A model generated the notes under the pieces. It was not told the origin of the DNA and made no database searches. It saw only the letters and a list, made by a program, of their open reading frames with translations. Source: Pseudovirgaria hyperparasitica (taxonomy: Eukaryota). From it: a DNA stretch of 64,000 nt. Made by a program: the position numbers and the translations under genes. Of the stretch, positions 51,025 through 62,400 are shown piece by piece. Location of the stretch: assembly GCA_010093815.1 (NCBI GenBank), contig ML996567.1. One strand, written 5' to 3'. Within the stretch, counting starts at the first letter, position 1. Every line of letters begins with the position of its first letter.

Positions 51025-52383
51025 ATGGACGAGGCGCTAGAGCTCTGTTTCGCTGAGGACCACGACATCTTACCAGACATCTACGTGGATTTGTTTAGTA
51101 ACTTTTTGGACTCCGACCTGTTCGAACAATGGCAAGAGATAGGATGGCATTTCCACTGTACTGGTGGACCAGGATGTGGAAAGGTACAGATAATCACCAA
51201 GCTGGTACAAGACTACATATTAACCTTCATGGAGACAACCTTGGCGGCAATCGTCAGTAGCAAGCTGAGAACGAAGTCACAAAACGTCGTAGCATCCATC
51301 TTTATCACCAAGCGAGTCGCGGGTTACCCAGTATCTCTCCTGCGTATATACTTTCTGGACATGCTTCACTCCCAGCTCCTCGAATTGTCCACTAGTGCTG
51401 TAGACAAAGGAACGGACCGCAAGGAGCGTATCCAGCAATATCGGCACAGTATATATGAGTTCCTTGATACGAGGAAACACGTTTTCTTGGTGATAGACAG
51501 CATTGACTACTGCGATACGATCTCTTCTGTGGTGCTTGAGGAGGAACTGACTATGCTTCATGATCATGGGCTCCGAATCTTCACCACTTCACGAATCCCG
51601 AGCTTGTTCAAAAAGGAAGAGATGGAAGATGAAAAGTGCAGAGTTCCAGAATGCATAGACGGCCTGAACCGATTCTGGTGGCGGAGTAGGGCGTCTAACG
51701 GGTCAGAAGTCTACAGTGTCTGCGCGTCCTGTAAGAGCACCGACAAGTCGTATGACGACCTAGAAGTATTCCCTTCACAAGTGGAATACCGCATGGATGA
51801 ATGCGTTACCGATGCCAAGCTTCGGGAGTATGTAGCTTGGGATCTGAATAGAGAGCACGGATACCTTGGCCTAGGCTTACCGAACGAACATCTACCACAG
51901 TACCAGGGGTCAAGACTCGGACAGCAGATGCAGCAGACTGAAGAGTATACAACTCAACTGGTCGATCACGTAGTAGAGTCTGGCGCTTTCAATGTTGCAA
52001 TTGTGAAGATGAGGCTCGACAACTTACTCCATGCAACTTCATTAGAACAAGCAATGTCATTGCCGGATAGGTTACCAAGAAACCTTCAGACGTTCTGCGA
52101 TGCAATCTTGAAGCCGATCACGACGATGTCGGATGAAGAAACAAAGAACAAGATCTGCGGCCTGTTGGTGCTGGAAGACATCGTCGACGAGGATGATGAT
52201 ATCGATCCTGGCGAGGAGTTACTTGCGTTGATTCGTAAAGCTAATGGCCTTCTTGCTGTGTTTCCGGATGGAACACAATGTTGCAATCCCGTCCTTACAA
52301 GATACATTAACGACGACTATGATGAGGATTTGTATACGATAAAGTGCAACGTGAGAAATCAGGGAGCGGGTGTCACGGTCTAA
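51025..52383 (+). CDS. NACHT/NPHP3-N-like P-loop NTPase domain protein without effector or repeat domains
   Basis: Removing the probable in-frame intron 51184..51234 gives Walker A CTGGPGCGKTTLA. Walker B VFLVIDSID, then LRIFTTSR, a Cys-containing insert, and a helical region (AIVKMRLD...LPRNL). Confidence 0.7.
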   Translation: MDEALELCFAEDHDILPDIYVDLFSNFLDSDLFEQWQEIGWHFHCTGGPGCGKVQIITKLVQDYILTFMETTLAAIVSSKLRTKSQNVVASIFITKRVAGYPVSLLRIYFLDMLHSQLLELSTSAVDKGTDRKERIQQYRHSIYEFLDTRKHVFLVIDSIDYCDTISSVVLEEELTMLHDHGLRIFTTSRIPSLFKKEEMEDEKCRVPECIDGLNRFWWRSRASNGSEVYSVCASCKSTDKSYDDLEVFPSQVEYRMDECVTDAKLREYVAWDLNREHGYLGLGLPNEHLPQYQGSRLGQQMQQTEEYTTQLVDHVVESGAFNVAIVKMRLDNLLHATSLEQAMSLPDRLPRNLQTFCDAILKPITTMSDEETKNKICGLLVLEDIVDEDDDIDPGEELLALIRKANGLLAVFPDGTQCCNPVLTRYINDDYDEDLYTIKCNVRNQGAGVTV

Positions 52384-52453
52384 TCAGAATAGAAAGCTGC
52401 GCATAGGCCCCCGGACTGGCTAGCAGAGGGTAACACACTCACCTGAACTTGGT

Positions 52454-54684
52454 TCATCTGATCAGTATGTCCCAGCCAGTGTCTTTCCCTCGAGTCCCAG
52501 GTAGATGTTCGTGGTCTCCATCGCAGATATTTCGCAAAGAGGTCCAAGACCGCTGGTCCAGACCTGTAAATCGAAAAGAGCCTGATCTTGTAAATTGTCG
52601 AGGGATTTCGCTCACTGGAGTAAGTAGCAGACCGATGCCAGTATATCGCCAATCTGACTCCCCACGAGGCGAGAAATCTCGGCTCTCACCTTCATTTTTG
52701 GTGTATGCCAGAATGCAGAAGCTTGAATTGGTGTCTCGTGGAATCGTGTCTGGAAAGACATCAATCACACCTTCACTCAGCTTCAGATCGAAAGTCCAGC
52801 TTTCACCACGCTCTTGAATCTCCACGCTCCCCACGTGACAAGTTATCTCTATGGCTCGTTCGTCCCATGTCAGTAGATCATGGGTTGCTGCAGAGTCGGA
52901 CTCTGCTGGCAACTCAGATGGCATGTGTATAATACCTTGCTCTGCCTTGTGCAAAGATACAGCCCGGACTGGGTTACCACTATGATCTTTCGCTTCTTCA
53001 GTCCTGTTCTTATTGATTCTGGTGGGAAGGTCGATCATGCCTCTGATAGACGCCCAGGACCAAGTAGGAAACCTATGAATGTCGTTCTCCTTTGGATCAG
53101 GAGCAGGGCGTTGAGATGGCGTGGCGACCCTCCACGCAAGTTGTTCCACAAGGTGTATGAGCCAAAGCCCTCCGTGATACTTGTCGCCAGTGGCCTCCTC
53201 AACCAGCACCGCAACACCCTCGAGTGCCTTCAGCTTATCCTTCCATTTGGTCAAGTTGCACCGAGTGTAATTTCCGACAGCAAGCTGCCAGAAATTCTCA
53301 ATCGAATCGTCACCTCTTCCCCAGGTCTGGTGAGCTTCAAAGAGTTTCCGCTCATGCAGTCTCATTCGCCAATGTCGGTCGCTCGCCGCCCGTCCGTCCA
53401 GTGCGTATGGTAGACCCTGAGGAAACACTTCACTCGCAGTGAGTTCTGCACAGTCCCAGAATACCTGATTCCGGCCATAATGCACGATTCTGGCTGCCAG
53501 CATACGTTCTGACGCTTATTAATCTATAGCGAGAGGCCTGTTTGAACGATGTAGACTGACCTTGAAAAACCCACGCTCTGCTGTAGAGGTACAATCTAAG
53601 AAGCTCTGACTCCCACCAGTCCTTTCGAAATACAGACCAGTTTCGGTTAGTGTAGACTTTTGTCCGTGCAGGAGTACGAAAGTGCGCTGGTAGGAATGAG
53701 CTTCGCTGGCGATCTCGGAAAAGGCCCATTGTTGCGTTGCAGCTATCGGCAGCAGCGATATTGCATAAAGCGCTCCGGTACACCTGGTGCATCAGGGGAG
53801 CTTGGAACGTCCAGTCTGTCCCACCGTCGCCTTGCTGGATGATACAAAGAGAATCTATCCAGAGCCATGACAGACCAAGATGCTTTGCAACTAGTATTGC
53901 TTCTTGAAACGTCTTTGGTAGCCGAGACCATTCGATACCAGAGGCTTCGAAGAGCTTTTGGTTGTCTTTAGTAAGCGTGTCAAACTTATGAATCTTATGA
54001 TTACCCCAAGCGTGGCTAAGTGTCGCATATAGGAGTCCTGTCACTGTCGATTGAAATTCTTTATCACTTTCCACTATCCTAATGTTGGCTCCTAGAGGAA
54101 CGTCGATCTTCAGCAGACGTCTGGGGATGAATGGAGCATGAGGATTGGTGAGAAGTTTTTTGCATCTTGTATGTTCTTCTCGACAGGTTTCCATCCATGC
54201 CGTAATTTGATTGAACGATTGTTCGAGCTTTGTACTTCGCCCGAAATGTCTTTCTGGGGGAACTAGACTGTTGTAAGTCACACGGGAGGCTTACACAGTG
54301 ACGTATCTCACCATCAATATCTGGTATGAGCGAAAAGATTCGGTCTTCCAACAAAGCCGCATTTAGATGGCCTAATGGGCGAAACGTGAGAACAATCTCG
54401 CCACCAGTTGTCTCCCTCGTAGACCCTGGTCTGCGGAGCGACCATCTGTAGAGAGGAAGGTTGACATCAGCTCTTATGTGACCGTCTTGGAGGAATTGGT
54501 GGTAAAGGTCTTGACAGATCATACAAGAAGTATTGAGGGACCTCTTCAGGGAATCGACATCGTTGTGATGGGTTCCGACCAGCTCGTCGCCCTTGAATTG
54601 CTGATGCAAGCAAAAATCGCAAAGCTTATTGCCAACGCCACGTGATATTGGTGGCTCATTGCGGATCGTTAGTTGTTCAATCAT
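52454..54684 (-). CDS. HET (heterokaryon incompatibility) domain protein; 3 exons
   Basis: WMETCREEH..C, PRRLL, YATLSHAWG, LPKTFQEAI, WLWIDSLCIIQ, MHQVY..A.CNIAA, SRAWVFQERMLA.R, YT.C.LT...D and FPTWSWAS. Introns 54263..54311 and 53509..53560. Confidence 0.93.
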
Positions 54685-55032
54685 GCTGAGTCTCGTCTGA
54701 GTCTTGTCCCACAGTGAAGAGGATCTGTCGCCTAGGAAACGTTTGTTTCCAAATGAAGGGGCGGTCGCCGGGCTGCGTTTTGGGTGTTGCCTGCTCGTTT
54801 CGAATTGCCTAAATTGGCCTCAGCCGCATTCGAACAGCGATATCCAGACATGGGTTTCTGCAAGGCAAGCAATAGCAAGAGTACAATTGTCTTGAATTAC
54901 CAAGATAAGCGACCTAGTTAGGCTTCGGCTTATAATTAAACTAATAAAATTACCTTGGATTAGGAAGAATTACCGATTACGTTATAGTATATATATTAAA
55001 CGAAAAGTAGGGCTAAATATAATCGATAGCAC

Positions 55033-55118
55033 CACGTGCTTAAATCTCGTGCTCTATCACGTGATTATCACGTGACGGCTACACATTATCCTCTTGGGTT
55101 ACGTGATTATCACGTAAC
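55033..55118. promoter_or_regulatory. Cluster of CACGTG E-box/palindromic motifs
   Basis: CACGTG at 55033, 55058 and 55069, RIP-like variants TACGTG/CACGTA at 55100/55111, and a further copy at 55303. Function unproven. Confidence 0.4.
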
Positions 55119-55653
55119 TTAGCTAACTATCTAGATTACCTAGTTAGGGGGCCCGCTTACGATTAGTAAGCGGCTAAAACTCCTTATTAGCTATATATAA
55201 AAGATCTATTACCCTTTCTTTTTTAAGTCTACTTCGTATAACGAAACAATAATATAATCCCCTTCTTCCCATCGCTTGTCTTATCTTACATTTATTCTAC
55301 ATCACGTGCCTTTCTTATGATTCTTGATTTTGCGGTATATCTACAGCTTTCATTTTTATGTTGTTATCCTTGTTTTTAATCACATGTATATATATACACA
55401 TGTCCTAGCGATGCAATCCTTGTATTAGGTGCAAGTAAATTATAGCTGTATCGTGTATCATATAAAAAGGGCCGTAAGGATCTCGGATGTTCGAGTTAAG
55501 AGGAAGGTAGACGACGCGACGTGCGAACCTGTTTTTTGTTTTGTCTTGAATTGTACTTCTTTCTAACGTCTAGTTCCTAACATCCCCTTTCTAACGACGA
55601 CCCCTTATTAAGATTCTCTTTCTAACATCCCCCAATCCAATTGGCAATAATAC

Positions 55654-55930
55654 CTATCTAATATCCCCTATCTAGCATCCCTAATCTAATAACACCTATC
55701 TAATATCCCTCATCTAATATCCCCTACCAACGTCCCCTATCCAATATCCCCTATCTAATATTCTCTATCTAATATCCCCTATCCAACGTTCCCTATCTAA
55801 CGTCCCCTATCTAACGTCCCCTATCTAATATTCTCTATCTAACGTCCCCTATCTAACGTCCTCTATCTAACGTCCCCTATCTAACGTCCCCCATCTAGTA
55901 TTCTATCCTTATCTAACAACCCCTATCTAC
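55654..55930. repeat. 14-bp minisatellite, consensus CTATCTAACGTCCC, roughly 18-20 copies
   Basis: Direct inspection. Variants CCAAC/CTAAC and CG/TA are RIP-like. Degenerate units extend left to ~55560. Confidence 0.9.
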
Positions 55931-56433
55931 CCTTCCCCTAAATAGACGCGTAAGCAAGAGAGTAAGAGAAAGAAAACCATGTTAGTTAGAATTTACACCC
56001 CTATAACCAGCTACGTAGACCCCGCGCGCCCCTAACCGCGGTACTCCGAACGACTCTAGCAAGTAACAGGCCAAATAAGAAACTCTCACCGATCAGGATG
56101 ATTAGAATGATTAGTTGTAGTAAAACGGCCCCCGTTACACCTAGACGTGAGCATATACAATCCGAATCTATGTAATCTCAATCTAGGCCAAAATTTTAAT
56201 AGAGAATACAAGCTTAATCTACGACTTAAAATGATTGCTAAGACAGTATAATCTTAATCTAATTAGCTAGATTAATTATATTAGATTAAATATATAGGTC
56301 CTAGATAGCGGATATTTAATAAGCTAACGGATATATAACATAAGGCTCTATATATAGCTAAACTAGTTAATTTTAGTAGGGTTCTAGTAGTAAGTTTCTT
56401 AATATACCTAACTCTATACTATAAGGGAGTTTA

Positions 56434-59400
56434 TATAAAGAGTAAAGACGTGGGATAGTAGTCTAACAGTTCATAGAGAGACATAGAAATGTATTTATAG
56501 AGTAATCTTACTCTTATACGAGGTTGATTCCTAACGAGTAGGAATCGGTTTATACGGTCTACTTATATAGTGACCTCGCTTAACTTAGCTAACTTAACCT
56601 AGCTCTAGCCACTACGTGGCTATATAGATTAGAATAGTCTATATAGATCCGTTATAGTTCCCATCCTAATAATATTCTTCTTCTTTTTATGCTTCGCCCT
56701 AAAGCACTTAAGTATATATAATTCTAAGTCTCTATAATCTATCGTGTACCTATATATCCGTAACTAAGTTCCTATAATATTATAACTATCCTTAATATAG
56801 GTGAACTCGAGATTCTAGTTTACTTTTATTAGTTTATATACGCGCTTATCCCTTACTTCGTGGCTACTACCTAGAATATATAATTACTACTTTAGTCGAG
56901 TATATATTTAGCTTCGCTCGCCTTTAATTTTATTCTCTAGTATATCCACCTCGCTCTTAAGGTAAGTCGTTAATTTATATACTATCTTCTCTAGTTTAGG
57001 TTTAGAAGGGTCTATAGTAGTCCATTCTTATTAGAACCGGTTCTATATAACCTATTCGCGTTATTACGGTTACTAATTTAGCTTCGTTAATCGCCGTTAA
57101 GGGTAGATAAATATTCCTTCCTTAGATCTCTAGCTAATGTATATATATAGATGTCTAATACTAGTCCTATCTCTAAGCCTATCTCTTTCTCTTATAAGAC
57201 TCGCTCTAAAGATATCGCCTCCTCCCCGGCCACGCCGGCTAAGAAGCCTACCTATTACGGTAGTATAAAGGCGCGCTCTAAGTCGGAGAAGAGAGTAGCT
57301 AGGGCTGCTACTACTACTACCTCTACTACTAATATAGCTACTAGTCGCTCTAATCTAGGTAATTCTAGTACTAAACTTATAGATAAAGTAGTCGTAGATT
57401 CTCCTCTCGCTCTAAAGCGTACGCTATCTACTCTACCTCCTCTAGAGGATAAAGAAGATCTTATTATAGACGATAATCGCGAGCCCTCGCGCTTACCTAC
57501 GCCGCCGCCTTACCGCTCTTCCTTCCGGTCTAATATAGACCGATTTAGTTACTCTAGGTTCTTTTAGGACTTTAATATTCGCTCTAAACCCTAGTCTACT
57601 AATAATAAGGCCTAGGTCGCTAAGGATACTAAACGTAGTTACGGTTTACGCTATAGGAAAACAGCGAACTACGGTTCGATATACTATAAGTATATTAAGG
57701 GCTATACGGCCGGCTCTAAATATCTCTTTCGCTCTAACTCTAGTATTAGCTACTACTCTACTAACCACGACGGGCCTATATACTCTATCTTTACTCTACC
57801 TACCCGCTACTACCGCTATACTATAACTAGTAAGACTTATCTATAGGTGAGTATAATAGGCTATCTTAATCTAGTATAATCTAAAGTGGTCCACGCTAAT
57901 ATATTCTTAGGTTCCTATATATATATAAGATATATATAACGACCTTCGCGTCCGCGAGACCCTTAGGGGTCCTTATAGCCGCCTATCTACTATATAGAGG
58001 GAGTTTAGGGAGCGCTATAAGCTCTTCCTAGAGGTTATTAAAGTATAAGTTATAAGTATATTAATTATTTTTAATACCTATTAATTTTTCTAGCCGCCGC
58101 GAGATCCCTAGCGCCTAGACTATCTATTCTAGAGAGTCTATTCTAGCTATAGAGGCCGTAGAGAGGATTTACTCTATCCCCCTCTATCTATCTCGCGCTA
58201 CTAACGGATCTTATAAGAGGTCTACTATTTCTCCCTCTAAGTCGCCTTATAAGAGGGTATATATTCCCTTCTAGATTATTCTAGATCGTATTAGCTAACT
58301 TTAGACCTAGTCGCTACGCTCCGGCGCTTAAGGCTCTTCTCTCTAGGCTCTAACGGATTAGGTTATTACTCTAGAGGCTAAGGTTATCGTCCTCCGCCGC
58401 TATATCGTATAGTTAGAGAGAACTATACTAGAGATTAGGATAGATAATAAGATAGAGGAGTAGCTCTATGGTTCTGGCTCTATATATTAGCTCTATGCCT
58501 AGCTCTATATATTCTAGATCTACTATAGGTAGTGCGCGCCGGCTCTATTTACCTAGCTTTTATCCGTTTTAGTCCTTTTTAGACCGTTTAGATATCTATC
58601 GGCTAGTTTCTAGTAATTTAATTCTTAACTTAATGATATTATATATGCGCTTACTTAGCTTATAACTATCGGTTTCTATATTCTAATTTTCCTTAAGTTA
58701 CCTAAGTGTAGGCACCGTATATAAATTAGTTTATCTCTATGAATTCTATTAGAGTACCCGAACTAGTAGCCTAGTAGTTATTAGTTCGGGTACTCTAACC
58801 TTTTATATTTCGTGTTAAGAGTTTAATTCTATAGTAGGGTACCTTTTTTTAGGTTCTTAGTCCTATGTTTTTCTCGTGTATAATAGTCTATATTAGTCTA
58901 TTCTAGACTCTTCTATATTATTCTATTATGGTATATCGCGTCGCGTTCCTAAAATGGTTATTTATACTTTCTTTACGTCTAGTAACTATACGACGCTTAA
59001 ATTATAGGGCTACTATATAGAGTTTTTCTAGTACGCGTCTAGATTTCCTAGTTTAGTACTTCGTTCTCTACGGTATCCTTCTTCTTTTTATAACGACCGC
59101 GACGTCGCTATACTTATATTAATAATACGCTATTCTATATCTTTTGCTTATACGCAGCCATTATAGAACTTAAGATATATACTACTAGTTTCTAGGTATC
59201 CTCGTCCTTAGTATAGTCCTTCTAACGGATTCTATATTTCTAAATACCGTCTTTATCGATCCTATATTCGATAATATAGTCTACTTCGAACACGTCTAGT
59301 CTATCTTAGGGTATAATAGAGTGTAACTATACGTTCGTGCGGCTATACATGTTAGATCGAAATCTTTCGAGTAGTAAGACGTGGAATACGTTATAAATTC

Positions 59401-62400
59401 TTATATCGCTTCCTAAGTCGAGCTTATAGACTCTTATACCGATACGACGTTTAATTCGGAAGGGACTAGCCATTTTATAATCGAGCTTCTTATTTACTCG
59501 CGACGTTCGTATATTACGGATATTAAGAAGGATCTTATCGCCCTCCTTATACGTCTAATTCTTAGCTAACCTATTATAGTACTTCGTATACGAGTCGTTT
59601 ACTTATTAGATTATAGCGCGATAGTTATATACGGTTTCGAAGATTTTAATCGCTAATTCCTAAGCGTGGACGTTTACGTCTATTATTCAATTAAATTAGA
59701 CTATCTAAGGCTTAAAACCTATCCTTAGACTACGTCCGAGGTTCGCCTAGAAAGGTATAATACCTATTATACTATAACGACTATTATTATATACGAACTC
59801 TACTATACTTAGTAGGGAGGCCTAGTTATCCTACTCGAAATTATAGAATGCGCGTAGGTAGGCCTCGAGCGTCTAGTTCTATCACTCTATCTAGCTATCC
59901 GTCTAAGGATGAAATACTATAGATATATTTCTATTTATACTTACTATTTCATAGAATAACGTCTAGAATTTAGACGTAAAGATACTTCCTCGGTCCGTAA
60001 TAATCCTTTTTAGTATACTATGGACCTTAATAATCTTATTCTAGAACACCTACGCTAGTTCTTTAGATGTAATCATCTTCTATACCGGGATATATCTAGA
60101 TATCTTTATAAGTCTATCTACGATAATAAGAATAGAATTATAACTTATTCTAAGTATCTCGCTTAGAGGCAAGTTAACTATAAAGTCTATAGTAACATCT
60201 TCCTATATAAAGAGGGGGGCTAAAAGAGGCTATAAATTCCTATATAGCTTATATCTAGGGGCCTTCGTTCTTTAATAAATTAGATAAGTAGCTATCTATT
60301 CTTTAACGTACTTAGGTATATCTTCCTAAAAATAGTACTAACGAATTAAGCTTAGAGTACGTATATACCTAAAGTATTCTACTAGGTTAGCGTTATAGTA
60401 TCGGCTAACTATATTAAATCGCGTGTTATCCGTCGGTATATAGTACTTTCTATTATAGTAAAGTAAGCCGTCCACGAAGGTCTACTTATAGTCTACTTTA
60501 GTCCGTAATAACCTATCTTACTATATTTTACGTAACTTTAAAACTATCGGGTCTATCTTCTATAGATCCATAATTAACTAGGTAAGGTTAATTAGATATT
60601 TACGCCGGGTATTATCGCCCTTCCCGATAGCGCTAATAAACGGCCTACTAGGGACTTCGGTACCGCGTCTTTAGTTACCGGCTTCGGTCTTAGAGATTTA
60701 ATTACTAGTATCGATGTTAGCATCTCGCTAATCGCCTAATAACTTAAAATCTAACCTCGTCCTTAAGAGTTAGGCCTATAGCTACTCTAGGACTCTATGG
60801 CTACTATAATCCTAGGCGCCTTCTTTATAGTTAGGTCTTCTTAATATTCTATTAGCTAGGTTTATACTTCTAGGTTAATAGTAGATTATAAAGTGAAAGT
60901 TTATAAGCTACTTAGCCTATTAGACCTATCGACGGTTTAAAACTATCATACTTATAAACCTCTTTAAGTTATAGTAATTAGTTAGTAACTCGACGTTATA
61001 TATAGTACCTTTAAGATAATATCGCTACTATTTAAACGACTCTACTATTACTAGTAGCTCTTGGTTATAGATAGTATATCTAGTCTTAATATCGACTATT
61101 TTATATGAGAAGAACGTAACTAGATACTATTAGACCTTTTTAGACTTAGTTAGTCTAGGCTAGGAGAGAATGCCTAAGATTATAAATTCTAACGCGTCGG
61201 TTTTAACGCGGATAGGTTTAGTTAGGTCGAAGTATACTAGTAATAGGGTAGTTATAAATGCCTCTTTGATTTTCTTAAAGGAGGCCCTTTCGCCTTCCGA
61301 TAATTCTATAGACTATAATTTAATATTATACTATTTCTATCTACCGCGGACCGTAATAGACGAATCTATAGTAGTAGTGCGCGCGTTAAGCGGTACTACT
61401 AGCCGGGAGAAATGCTTAACGAATTTTCGGTAGTAATTAGCGAATCCGATAAAGACACGTATATCTTAAACCGATTTTAGTTTAGGCTAGTCCACGATAG
61501 TAGTAACCCTATCTCTTTCTATGGTTATACCTTAATTAGTAATAACGAAGCTAAGGAAGTTAACGTGGTCCTAGTAGAACTTATATTTAGATAGCTTAAT
61601 ATATAGCTTATATTTTTCTAGCCTATCTAGGACTACGCGTACGTGCTAGATGTATTCTTCTTCGTTATTAGAGAAGATAAGGATGTTATCGAGGTATACG
61701 ATACACGTCGTGTCGAGTAGGCCTACTAGCGCGTTATTAATATACGCTTAGAAGGTTCCTAGCGCGTTAGTTAGTCTAAAAGAGACTACTATATACTCGA
61801 AGTGTCTATAACGGGTCCTAAACGCCGTTTTCTACTTATCGCCCTTCTTAATACGTAGGCGGTAGTAGACGTCGTATAGATCGAGCTTAGTAAAGATCTT
61901 CACGCGCCCTAGTCTATTAATAGACTCGGAGATAAGAGATAGTAGATAACGATTCTTTTACGTGATGTTATTTAGGCTATAGTAGTTAATATATAGATAG
62001 AGACTTCTATCCTTCTTCTTTATAAAGAGGATTAGAGCTCCGGCTAGAGATATACTAGGCCTAATCTATCCTCGCGTAAGGTTCTTTTCGATATATTCTT
62101 AGAGGACCTATAGCTCGGGTTCTAATAGAGGGTAGATGGGTCCGTATAGGGGTTATTAACCATCTTTAAGGTTAATAGTAAGGTTAGTAGGTTGGTATTA
62201 AAGTAATTTAGACGAGTTAATCGCTAACGCGATATATTAGTATATTTTATACTAATATAGTAGGTTTTCGTCTACTTTAATACTAAGCTCTCTATTTTAA
62301 GTAAGTAAGAGGACGTAGATAGCGGAGATTACCTTTTTATAGTCCTTCTAGAATTATTCATCGTCGACTAGCTATACTAGGTTCTATTATAGTAGGTATA

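Noticed and set aside
55654..55930. CRISPR array or telomere repeat
   Set aside because: Contiguous 14-bp units with no unique spacers in a eukaryotic context; the unit is not (CCCTAA)n and is internal.
47700..56400. Starship or composite transposon carrying the gene island
   Set aside because: No tyrosine-recombinase captain gene is visible, and B copy 1 has its own TSD, indicating independent insertion.
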